DNA of 32,517 bases from positions 1 to 32,517 of the forward strand of contig JAUCBJ010002389.1 in the NCBI GenBank assembly GCA_032718475.1, given 5' to 3'. Position 1 is the first letter of the stretch; every line of letters begins with the position of its first letter. Below are positions 1 through 14,216 of the stretch, piece by piece. A program made the position numbers and the translations under genes. The notes below the pieces were generated by a model. That model had not been told where the DNA came from, made no database searches, and saw only the letters and a program-made list of their open reading frames with translations. This stretch comes from Nemertoderma westbladi. Its lineage: Eukaryota; Animalia; Xenacoelomorpha.

Positions 1-47
1 AACATATCAGATGAGTCTGGAATTCGATTCACCTTGACAGACCAGCC
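1..47 (+). CDS. PHM: PHM-like copper type II monooxygenase, internal exon (5' boundary at 11 or outside the window)
   Basis: Reads (NIS)DESGIRFTLTDQP, resembling the PHM inter-domain segment D-x-SG-V-x-L-x-LT-x-x-P. Ends CC|GTAAGC (GT at 48-49, phase 2). Possible CAG acceptor at 8-10. Confidence 0.75.
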
Positions 48-328
48 GTAAGCAATGAATAATAAATTTTTAAATATTATTTATCATCTAATTCACAACT
101 CTAGTAGGAATTATGTTATACTAATCATTACAAAATTATTACAATATTACAGTGAAGTTATAATTAATATAGTAATTAAAAATAAATATCTACAAAAATC
201 CACCAATTGAAGATTATAATTATAAATTTAAATATGCGAAGTACGTTAGAAATGCGATAGGAATGCGTTTGTAAAAGTTAAAAGTTGCTAAAAAGTCAAA
301 AAAATATAAATTGTTTAAAATTAATTAG

Positions 329-387
329 TAATATTCATCCTATTGAATCTTATAAACTATGTTCTGGTTTACATACCGATAGCTTAG
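329..387 (+). CDS. PHM: PHM-like monooxygenase, small internal exon
   Basis: TTAATTAG|T...TTAG|GTATGC, 59 bp, phase 2 in and phase 1 out, exactly bridging exon 1-47 to exon 4235-4366. Reads NIHPIESYKLCSGLHTDSLG; length suits the PHM segment but similarity is weak. Confidence 0.6.
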
Positions 388-1390
388 GTATGCACTTGTA
401 AAAGAACCAAGAGCCTCGCTAGACCACGCCATTGTGTCGGGAGGGAGGTGGGGCTAAAGGGTCTGTAACGTCCAACCATATATAGAAGCATACAGAGAGA
501 AACACACAGGGAGAAGTGCGACCCTGATTGGCTAGAGAAGTGTGACGCTGATTGGCTGACAGTACAGTAAGTTACGTTTACGAATTCGTAGGCCTGGGCC
601 TATGTTGTAGCACTGACACTGTTGCAGCTACCGGTACTTCTGTCTTTCTTACAATTTGACGGACAGACCGTCATACGGAAAAACAGTGATAACTCGAGAA
701 CTGAAAGAGGTCTCACTAAGCGGTTTTCAGATTTGTAATCCTCATTAAATTCTTCTCTAGATGAAATAAAGAAACAACAATTTGAAAATTTTACCTGAGG
801 GTGGGTATACCCCCCCCCCCCCCCACCCTTAAGTATTCTCAAATAGAACTACAGTATATTATTCCGTTGTTAACTAGATCTGGTAGTAATATAAAGTACT
901 ATACACGTAAACTGTTCCTTTATGCTGTGCTGTATATGAATAATCGGGCGTGTGACTTAGAATTGTTGGTACGACATTATATGAGGTCTAGTGTAGGATA
1001 AGTACACAGTGCACGGGCACGGGCATTATAGAGGCGTAAGTAGCGCTACACATTGTTGTTACAAATGTATTGGCTTTGTTTGGGAATAATATTACAGTAA
1101 TGGGTAACATACAAGCACAGTGGGTTTAAACCAAGATCGTCTGCAAATTAATATTGTAGGTTGGCACTCACCAAGAATCGAAAAGGCGCGTTGTGTTCTT
1201 GTCTACAATATGTTCTCCAAACAATACGTTTAATAACGGTAGTAATTAATACTGATAGACAAATGCGATACAATGAACACGTACTGTAATAGCGATAATG
1301 CGCATAAAGTGGTGAAGATATCAGACATCCTGTGATTAAATGTGGTCTATTTTGAATACTATACGAAGCCACTTATGATGTTATTAAAAG

Positions 1391-2134
1391 TTAACCCTAT
1401 TAAACCCGGGGGGGGGGGGGGTCAATATGACCCTTCCCGTGGATTTTTTATTATAATTCTGAAACAAACGCAGTTGGGAATCTAAAATTTTATGACTTTT
1501 CCTAAAAATCTATTGTCTTCCTAATAGTGAAAACCATTTTCAAAAATATTGGGTAGTTTTGAGTTATAGCACCATTTTTTAACCCTACTTTGGACAATTT
1601 TTTTTAGACGTTTTTTGAAAATTACATTTCATTAAATATGAATTGTAACATCTCTATTTTTGATTTACACCGGTTTTTTGTTGTTAGCAATTGGATAGAA
1701 TTTATATAAATCGATTTAGAAATTTCAAACTTGTTTTTTTTCGGTGGGTGCCAAATTTTGGTGCCAGCACCAAATTTTGAAATAAGTCAATTTTGTAAAT
1801 TGATCGTTTGAAACTTGTTTTTTACGCAATTTGGGTTTTTTGGGGTTCTGGTTTTGATGGAATATATACGATACAACAACACCGGTTATTATTTTGGTTA
1901 GAAAAAGCCGTCTTTGTAACCTGCTACTTTCCCTCAATTGGCAACAACATCGTTTATGTCTTGGTTAGAAAAAGCCGTTTCTGAAACCTGCTCCTTTCCT
2001 TTCCCTCAATTGGAAACAACATCGTTTATAGTTTTGGTTAGAAAAACCCGTCTCTGAAACTGCTCCTTTCCCTCAATTGGTAACTAAAATGGTTACTAAC
2101 ATGAATCATGGAGGATGGGGGGTTAACAGGTTAT
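1391..2134. mobile_element. Nested non-autonomous TTAA/CCC-ended (piggyBac-like) element; right end degenerate
   Basis: Left end TTAA-CCCTATTAAACCC-G(n)-TCAATATGACCC. GGGGTTAACAGGTTA near 2119-2133 partially mirrors it. Contains an internal tandem repeat. Confidence 0.4.
1875..2083. repeat. Three-copy ~67-73-bp tandem repeat
   Basis: ttggttagaaaaa(g/c)ccgt...ctgct(a/c)ctttccctcaattgg recurs at 1894, 1961 and 2034. Confidence 0.85.
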
Positions 2135-2714
2135 TGAACTTCTACTAAATTGGTCCCGAGATTAATTATTCTGCCATGGTTCTATTTCGATCGGTTTTCC
2201 GTTTGTTTATTCACAGTAAAATTCCGTACCAAATAAATGCCAAATACGATAAAGAGGTTTTTAAAAATTACACAGTCAAATAAGTATATAATAGTAATAA
2301 GCCTAAAAATAATTCCTAATGTATCGCGAAATAAGCGTGTACTAATTTCCTGACAGCACCGTCTAGTTTTAGCCAATCAGCGTCGCACTTCTCCCTGTGT
2401 GTTTCGCTCCGTGTGCTTCTCTATATGGTTGAACGTTATAGACCCTTCTCAGGTGGGGAGGGTGTGAGTTATATTTCCAATCACGAAAATTCAAAGTGCA
2501 CTGATGAAAAATAAACTGTTCAATCAGTGTGTAAAAGTTAAAACTGGAACAACAGAGCGCACGTCTAAATTTTACTACAGAATTATTAAATTTTATATCA
2601 CGTGCTGTAGGTTATAGGTGCTGTGAGTATAAAGAAAACATCATAGTAGCGGAATGTGGATCATCCCACAATTAAAGGCGATAACCGGTCGAGTATCAGT
2701 GATTGCCGATTGCG

Positions 2715-3060
2715 ACTACTACTGCTACTACTATAATCGGCCTGCTGCATTGAAGCTGCAGTGCTCAACATTGAGATGCTGTGCTGGTTTAATAAAAATG
2801 TTTGTTCTACCACCATGTCCCAGCTACAATTATTGGCTTGCTGTGATGCAGCGTGCATTAAGAATGCTGTGCCGGCTTATCGACAAAATTGCACCGCCAC
2901 TACTCACTATCCCCCATGACTTTCGCGAGATTATCCGCATCTTCAAGGTCAGTGCCCTTTAAGAGGCGTCTCTAGAAAGTCATGAGCTGTCCAGGTCCAC
3001 CATGCTTATTTTCTCCACGAGGACACCTAAGCATAAGCTGGACCTCACGGCGAAAGCAAT
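2715..3060 (-). mobile_element. 3' end of an RTE-type LINE: ORF C-terminus, 3' UTR and (TAG)n tail
   Basis: 2934-3060 aligns with 15241-15372 of the longer RTE copy. Continues as LEDADNLAKVMGDSE*WR...HS*, then ~120 bp of UTR, then TAGTAGTAGCAGTAGTAGTAG (2715-2733). Confidence 0.85.
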
Positions 3061-4234
3061 CCAAAGAAACAAAGAAATACAAATAACGTAAATAATTTAT
3101 AAAATTAAATAACATTAACATATATACAGCCTGACAGTACAATAACATTATTACTATTTACGTAAAGAAACGTTTTGTTGTTATATGTACAAAAGTGTAA
3201 TCCTTTGGCTGAAATTCACAAATTTTAAAAAGGAATTGATAGAGCACCAAATTAGCAAACTTTTACACATGACCTACTATAATAATAATTGTAGTAGGTC
3301 ATGGTTTACACCACACCACATATTAAGAATTTTTATTCGTTTATATTATTCAAAGGTTATTACAATCTTAGCTTTTGCAGTTTGGTGCTATAATTTCACT
3401 ATTTATATTATAATATTTAATTATATCATAATCTTCTTTATGATTTCAGAACAAAGTTTGTTTCTGATGTCTATTACATGATCGGTTCTCCTTTTCATCT
3501 TTCTCCACATCAAGTTGGTTAGTAAACAGCATATATTATAATGAAATAAAAATATAATATTACATTTACTTACCAAACCATACTTAAAAATTATTTTATC
3601 ATAAAACAATATCCATATGATATGTTAGTCCCTACCAGGATCGAGAGCATAGAAACGCGTCTTGGTCTGGACATTAGGTCTATTAATTAATATGATGACA
3701 CCGATGATGCTTGGATTGGGAGGCAATCCAATAGTAGGAACATTCAAGACATGAACAACTGCAGGACAACTGCAAGCACAAATGGCTATTGCTGGCGTAT
3801 GCCAGCAATATGATAGCGATATGGTCTCTGATCTGTGGTGTTTTTGTATCACAAATCACGAATCTTAATTTTTTTATGTTTAGTTTTAGGTTATCAGTTT
3901 TAGGTCAAAGTAATTCCTGCATAGATTGATTAGTAGCTCGAGGTCTGCCAACAGGTTTGTCATGATGTCATTGGCATTATAACGTATGACTGGGTATGCT
4001 TCCTTGTGCATAGATATGATACCTAAGTTGAATTACTCTATTTGATGATAAAAATCAGAGAGGTTGATATGTAAAAGGAGAGCCGATGAACTAGACAATA
4101 AACATCCGGCTAATATAATTATTAAATCACAAAACAAAATATTAAAAACCAATTTTATTTATTTTTCATTTTTTCATATTTTATTTAGATTAAATACTTC
4201 AATTTATATAGACAGCTAATATATTATTTTGAAG

Positions 4235-4366
4235 GTATAGTAGAACTAGCCTGCAAGTGGCCTGTCAATGTTGTTGGACACATTTTCAAATATGCAGTGC
4301 ATTCCCATGATCTTGGTAAAGTACTTTCGTTATATATTGTTAGAGATGGAATATGGAACGAAATTG
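4235..4366 (+). CDS. PHM: PHM-like monooxygenase exon carrying the CuM HxH ligands
   Basis: CTAAT branch-like motif, TTTTGAAG acceptor and G|GTAAGT donor. Reads IVELACKWPVNVVGHIFKYAVHSHDLGKVLSLYIVRDGIWNEIG, aligning by eye with PHM ...C...[28 protein letters not shown]. Confidence 0.88.
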
Positions 4367-4425
4367 GTAAGTGTTATTGGTAATTGGTAAAGTATATTGT
4401 AAAGTAAAGTAAAGTAAAACAAGCA

Positions 4426-4744
4426 ATAACTCCACCTACTGGCTCCAGAAGTCGAGGAAATCCTGCCAAGTACCTAACTGATCTAGACTTTGCTGATGAC
4501 TTAGGAGTACTCTCAGAATCATTAGAGGGAGCCCAACGGCTCCTCAGCTCATTAGAACATGCTGCTTCTAGTGTTGGTCTTTTTATTAACTCCAGAAAGA
4601 CCACAATTTTGACAGTTAATTTTGAAAGTTCTCAGCAAGTCTCTGATCGGATTAGCATAAGCTCAAAGGATGGTATGCTTGAGCATGTGGACGACTTCTG
4701 TTACCTGGGATCATGGATCCGGAAGTCAGGTGAGGACCTTCGAA
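4426..4744 (+). mobile_element. Internal RT fragment of the same RTE-type LINE, intronic
   Basis: Close reverse-complement match to 15693-16011. Encodes ...KYLTDLDFADDLGVLSES...HVDDFCYLGSWI. Preceded by (GTAAA)4 at 4399-4418. Confidence 0.9.
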
Positions 4745-5125
4745 ATGTACATTATATGAATTGGAGTTGAGCTGTTAATGCAACTGTAATTAATCATGTA
4801 ATATTATGGTTTTGTTCAGAAATGGAAAATTTCAGGAAACAAGTTTGATGTGCTTCCGTAATTTTTCCATTTCTCTCCAATTACAGTTATGTATATTTAC
4901 CTATAAGGATTAGAGCAATGACTATAGATAGAAGTGTATAAATATAAAAACATAAATTGTCAAAAATGATAAATATTCCACGAGCAATTTTCACACAAAT
5001 CAATACATCTCGAGGCCTATCAACATACTTTAGAGTTTATAATTTTTAGTAAAGATGGTCAAGTATATTAGGTGTGAGTGCAGGGCTGCAGTATGGCTTG
5101 GTAGGAGATTATTATTACTTTTTAG

Positions 5126-5255
5126 GAAAGAAAAGTCCACAACTTTCTGAAAAATTATATCCAACAAGAACCGAAGGTCTAACAGTAACTCTTGGAGATT
5201 ATATAGCTCTAAGATGTACCTACGTTAACAATGGCAATAGTTATGTGGTATCAGG
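5126..5255 (+). CDS. PHM: PHM-like monooxygenase exon (SPQ...GD...RC)
   Basis: TTTTTAG acceptor and GG|GTAAGT donor, phase 1 to 2. Reads KKSPQLSEKLYPTRTEGLTVTLGDYIALRCTYVNNGNSYVVSG, matching PHM R-x-PQLPQAFYP...V-x-x-GD-x-LAARC. Contained in track ORF 5074..5259. Confidence 0.88.
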
Positions 5256-6269
5256 GTAAGTTGGTACTGTATCGCAGGTTATACTACGTGATTATTAAAT
5301 GTTAATTAACCATTCAGCCACACTGAACTGCGAAATGGAATATTAACATTACATGCTATATATATATATATATATTCATTACAATACCTATTATATTGGC
5401 ATAACCATTTGCTGTAAGGTAAACAATTCATTGGCAAACTGCGCAGTGGTATAACTTTTTAATAATTGGCAATTCAATTTATTGTTTGATAATATTTCCA
5501 ATCGCAATTACTTGATTGATGGCATATAATTAAATATAATCAATTTTAAATAGGCTTTGTGGGGGATTGTCACTTTCATGTCAACTATTCATTTTTAGAA
5601 TAAATTTATTCTAGAAGAAATATATTTTGTTCTAGAAATTTTTTTAATTCACAAAGTTATGTATTGAATTATCATAAGCATTGAATCGTAAGATTGCAGG
5701 ACTTTGCAGTATTAGGGAGAATATTCCTTTTTATTCTCTTTTTCAATTGCTATTGTAACCAGCTAAAATGTTATAGCAACACAACAATAACAAACTAAAT
5801 ATTCTCAAAATCATTCTACCAACATTGAGAAAAAAAAAACATTGAGAAAAAATATTGAGAAAAAAATTAATTGCAATTTTTTTCTCAATGATTTAGAGGA
5901 GAAATAAATTAACAAGTCAATTATCAATCTGTTATACAATGTAAATATCTATTTATAAATATATTATGAGCCCAACATTGTATGTTTCTATCGTATATGT
6001 TTCACTTGATATAATTTGGTATATTGTATAATATATTACAAATAAGACAGAGGTACTTAAACTATATTGGAAAGAAATCAAATAGGGCCTACCCTAAAAT
6101 AATATACTAACCCCTCCATCTACCCTATAATTAGTATCCACCACCTACCAGAGCCACCACCCATATTACTATATAATAATGAAAGATAGTAATGGCGCTC
6201 CAGGCACTTCCATTCCCTCCACTGCGCTGGATAGGTTAAGACAATATGCAAAATCTGAGCACAATGTTA

Positions 6270-7310
6270 GGAGCGCAAGTGATAGACAAACATGTCTTAC
6301 ATTTTAAGTTTTTTCATACCTGTAACAGTTTTTAAGATGGTCAGACATGAGTGGCAAAAATTTGAATATTTTTTGGTAAAATGTGATTTAACCGGTACGG
6401 TACCTGTTATCTGAAATATTCATTGTAATATACCGTTGGATGCGGGCCACCAAACTGCACATTGACATTTTTTTCAAAAAAATTTCGATAATTGGTTCTC
6501 GTGTCATCAAGAAATTACGAGAATCAGACTTTGGACGACCATATCTCCGGCACCATTAACCCTATTGAGTCGAATTTTTTTTAAATTACTGAGAACGGTC
6601 TAGTAAATGTTTCTTAGTTTGAGATTTTTGTCTGAAAATGCTTAGGTGAAATTTTTTTTGAAAAATTTTGTGAAAATTTTTTTATCATGGCGAACATGGC
6701 TTAAGTTCTTTATATCTCAAAAAGTATTGATCGCAGTGAAAATCTGAATACTGCGATAGAAGTGCATTGGATAGGCGTACATTTCTTGCACTGAAAGATT
6801 TTTCATACCTGTTATAGTTTTCTAGACAGTGTCAGACATGATTAGAAAAAATTCGAATTTTTTTGATAAAGTCTGATTTCACCTGTACCTGTAATCCAAA
6901 ATATCGATTGTAATATATCGTTAGATACGGCTGAACTTACTGTACATTCACATTTTTTCGGTTAATTTTTTCGATGATCGTTTCTCGAGATATCATCAAA
7001 GTACCGGAAACAAACTTTGGACGAACATATATCCGGTACCATTAGGCTTATTGGGTTCAAATTTTTTATTATCTACTTAGAACGCTCAAATGAATGTTAT
7101 TTAGTTTGTAAGTTTTGCAATAAAATGCATAGAAGCAATTTCGAAAAACCTGATCTTTTTGCGATCATGATCTGGGCATTTTCACCAGGCAGAATTGATT
7201 TTTTTTTTCGAGATTTTGGTAACCCACCTTTACCTTACCTACCGCATTTTGGTATATGGTTCGAGATTGATGGTACTGAATCTTTTTTACATTGAAACTT
7301 TTTCCATATG
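6270..7310. repeat. Diverged ~490-bp direct repeat, about 2.1 copies; probably internal repeats of an old non-autonomous element
   Basis: ttttcatacctgt...gtcagacatga...ctttggacga-catat-tccgg-accatta occurs at ~6311-6600 and ~6800-7087, with a partial third start near 7300. Confidence 0.75.
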
Positions 7311-7594
7311 GGGGGTTAGGAACATCTTATTGTTCATTTTTGCTTAGTTGCTGAGATCGCTTAGCCCTACAAAACCCATGATTCTATAATTCCCTTTTCG
7401 GGAGACAAGTTCCGTGGCTGGCCAAAGTTTCGGTGTTCTCCGAACAAAGAACATAATCGGTTGGTAATGTATATTGGGGCCTACATTATTATATTAAAGA
7501 CGCTTTGATGCATCTGATCAAAAGGCAATTACTGGTATATTATCAGTATCTATATACCAGTACCAGTATCTAATACCAGACATTTTTGTTTTAG

Positions 7595-7814
7595 ATGGGG
7601 GCTTCATAATGAGATGTGTCAGGCGTATATATATGTTTACTCTGAGAATACCACGTTACGTAAACATATACCTTATATCTGCAGTACGAGCATTGATAAA
7701 TCCATTCATGTTTGGGACGACACCTTTGGCATGGACAACCATCCTGGTGATTTCGCAAGTACATTGCATGAAAAGGACATTGACGAGTTGAAACAATTAG
7801 GAGTATATACATAA
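7595..7814 (+). CDS. PHM: PHM-like monooxygenase terminal exon with the CuM Met ligand (EMC)
   Basis: TTTTGTTTTAG acceptor, phase 2. Reads WGLHNEMCQAYIYVYSENTTLRKHIPYIC...LGVYT then TAA. EMC-x-x-Y is the PHM/DBH signature. Contains track ORF 7614..7814. Confidence 0.88.
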
Positions 7815-8074
7815 CTATTTCTTATCAATTCTAGGTCTAGCGTACGAGATTGATTCCTGGTCCTATTGGCATAAGTTATCCCTATTGGTATTAGTCCGTG
7901 TCTGACTGTTCTGAGTGATGTTTGTGAATCATACATAACGAAATTGGGATGTAATAGATATATAGGTTCAGTATGACAATGGCTCACACATAATATTTAA
8001 TAATTGCAGAGTGAATGGAAGGCAGACATCCGGATGTTGTCTATTTTACTTGTTTAGGGCCTTCGATTCTTCGA

Positions 8075-8281
8075 GTCCTCCAGGGTGCAGATATGGGGGG
8101 GAAACTGGGCGCAATCAAAATTCATTCAACAATAAACTAAGCACAATAGAACAGGTTACAGTTTTATTTTTGACAGTATTCAGTTGTTATTTGCTTCGAA
8201 TTTCCCCTGTATAGGGGTGAATTTTTATTGCGTCCATCCCCCCCCCCCCCCCCCCCCCCCCCCCCCTTATCTGATGAGGAC
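8075..8281. mobile_element. Small MITE-like element with degenerate G/C-run TIRs
   Basis: gtcctc...cagatatgggggg...tgggcgcaat at the left mirrors attgcgtcca...C29-ttatctg-atgaggac at the right. Confidence 0.5.
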
Positions 8282-9051
8282 AGTAGACCCAAACATCAAT
8301 GATGGTGGTACGTTTGACATGAGTATGGTTTATGTTATTGGGATTATGGTTAGAAAATATAAGGGAAAGCCATTGGCAGCTTTGAATTGGCTTTCCTTAC
8401 TGTGTGTGGTTCGAAAATAATTTTTTCTTAATTTGATGGGATCCGAGAGTTTTTCGATACCAAATGTGGTAGCAATCTCAGAAAAATTTATTTTTCCATT
8501 TTTCAAATAGTTTCATTTTTCACCGGACCTCTAGAACTTATTAATACATTGAAATATAACGCAATGCAGACAGAAAAAATCAAAAGCAAACATTTTTATG
8601 ATCATAAATGGAACCGGTATTTCCAAATACCGGTTCCAAATTCATGCTGATGGTCCATATAATTCGAAACTAATTTTATTGTTCTATTAAAACTTAATTC
8701 CGAAATCGCAGCAGTTTTGTTTGTTATTTACTTACTTTTTATCATTGTGTTTAACAATATTATTTATAATGCAGTATGGATGAAGACTTTCTTAATAAAA
8801 GTGCAGCTACAATTTTTGACCTACTCAAAGTAGCACATTTAGAATAAAAATATTCGTTTTCAATTTTACTTTCAAAATCCTAAGCATTATGAATATAAAT
8901 GTTTAAATAAGTATTTACAGTATATTAAAATTAACTTAATCCAAACATATGGGAATGTGAATTAATTTTACTACAACACAAAATTAATTGCTAAATGACT
9001 CTAATAGGTAACTATGGTTTTAGTCTATAAAACAACATTATAAATAATACA

Positions 9052-9720
9052 AGTATAAATATAAGTAAATATTACTCCTTGTTAGAGCAGTTCGTTACTA
9101 AATTGCTAACAGGAGTGTACTACAGTATAAATATAAGTAATTATTACTCCTTGTTAGAGCAGTTCGTTACTAAATTGCTAACAGGAGTGTACTACAGTAT
9201 AAATATAAGTAATTATTACTCCTTGTTAGAGCAGTTCGTTACTAAATTGCTAACAGGAGTGTACTACAGTATAAATATAAGTAATTATTACTCCTTGTTA
9301 GAGCAGTTCGTTACTAAATTGCTAACAGGAGTGTACTACAGTATAAATATAAGTAATTATTACTCCTTGTTAGAGCAGTTCGTTACTAAATTGCTAACAG
9401 GAGTGTACTACAGTATAAATATAAGTAATTATTACTCCTTGTTAGAGCAGTTCGTTACTAAATTGCTAACAGGAGTGTACTACAGTATAAATATAAGTAA
9501 TTATTACTCCTTGTTAGAGCAGTTCGTTACTAAATTGCTAACAGGAGTGTACTACAGTATAAATATAAGTAATTATTACTCCTTGTTAGAGCAGTTCGTT
9601 ACTAAATTGCTAGCAGGAGTCAGTGTACTACAGTATAAATATAAGTAATTATTACTCCTTGTTAGAGCAGTTCGTTACTAAATTGCTAGCAGGAGTCAGT
9701 GTACTACAGTATAAATATAA
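9052..9720. repeat. 72-bp minisatellite (7 x 72 bp + 2 x 76 bp + partial); each unit holds an imperfect hairpin
   Basis: Unit agtataaatataagtaattattactccttgttagagcagttcgttactaaattgctaacaggagtgtactac starts at 9052, 9124 ... 9556, 9632 and 9708. Confidence 0.95.
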
Positions 9721-10002
9721 ATAATGTATCGATGTCATTATTGGTCATTATTTTTGTCATAAAAGTGATTTACACGTACATTAATACTATACGTTTGTGC
9801 ATATGTATGTAATCATTTTCACAATAAATTACTGTGAAATATGTTTAGTAATTATCCTGTATTATGTTGATTAGAAAGTATACAGTAATTAATGAAATCT
9901 CAACAATTCTCATATTTTCCTATTTCGGTTAGATTAATGGGCCGATCCCAATACTTAAAAACATTATCTACTCTTCTATAGAACTGCAATATCCAATCAA
10001 AA

Positions 10003-14216
<4,214 letters not shown>

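Larger units (their letters stand above)
454..2450. mobile_element. Non-autonomous DNA transposon with ~80-bp TIRs and an 8-bp TSD (Mutator- or hAT-like)
   Basis: 454-534 (aagggtctgtaacgtccaaccatat...cagggagaagtgcgaccctgattggcta) is an imperfect inverted repeat of 2370-2450. Direct repeat AGGTGGGG flanks both ends (446-453 and 2451-2458). No transposase ORF seen. Confidence 0.8.

Noticed and set aside
600-1001. Short ORFs with poly-Gly/Pro (also 8184..8420)
   Set aside because: Produced by C/G homopolymer runs within non-coding elements.
3268-3303. 12-bp-arm hairpin catgacctacta...tagtaggtcatg
   Set aside because: Isolated intronic hairpin with no supporting element or RNA context.
4374-4604. 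ORFs 4374..4604, 15633..15821, 15833..16033 and 16046..16264
   Set aside because: Antisense shadows of the RTE RT frame.
5074-5125. 5' part of track ORF 5074..5259
   Set aside because: Intronic; PHM similarity and phase point to the acceptor at 5124-5125.
9079-9648. 189-aa repeat ORF, or a CRISPR-like array
   Set aside because: The 72-bp unit is simply a multiple of three and the frame breaks at the 76-bp variant. Linkers are identical rather than unique spacers, and the context is eukaryotic.
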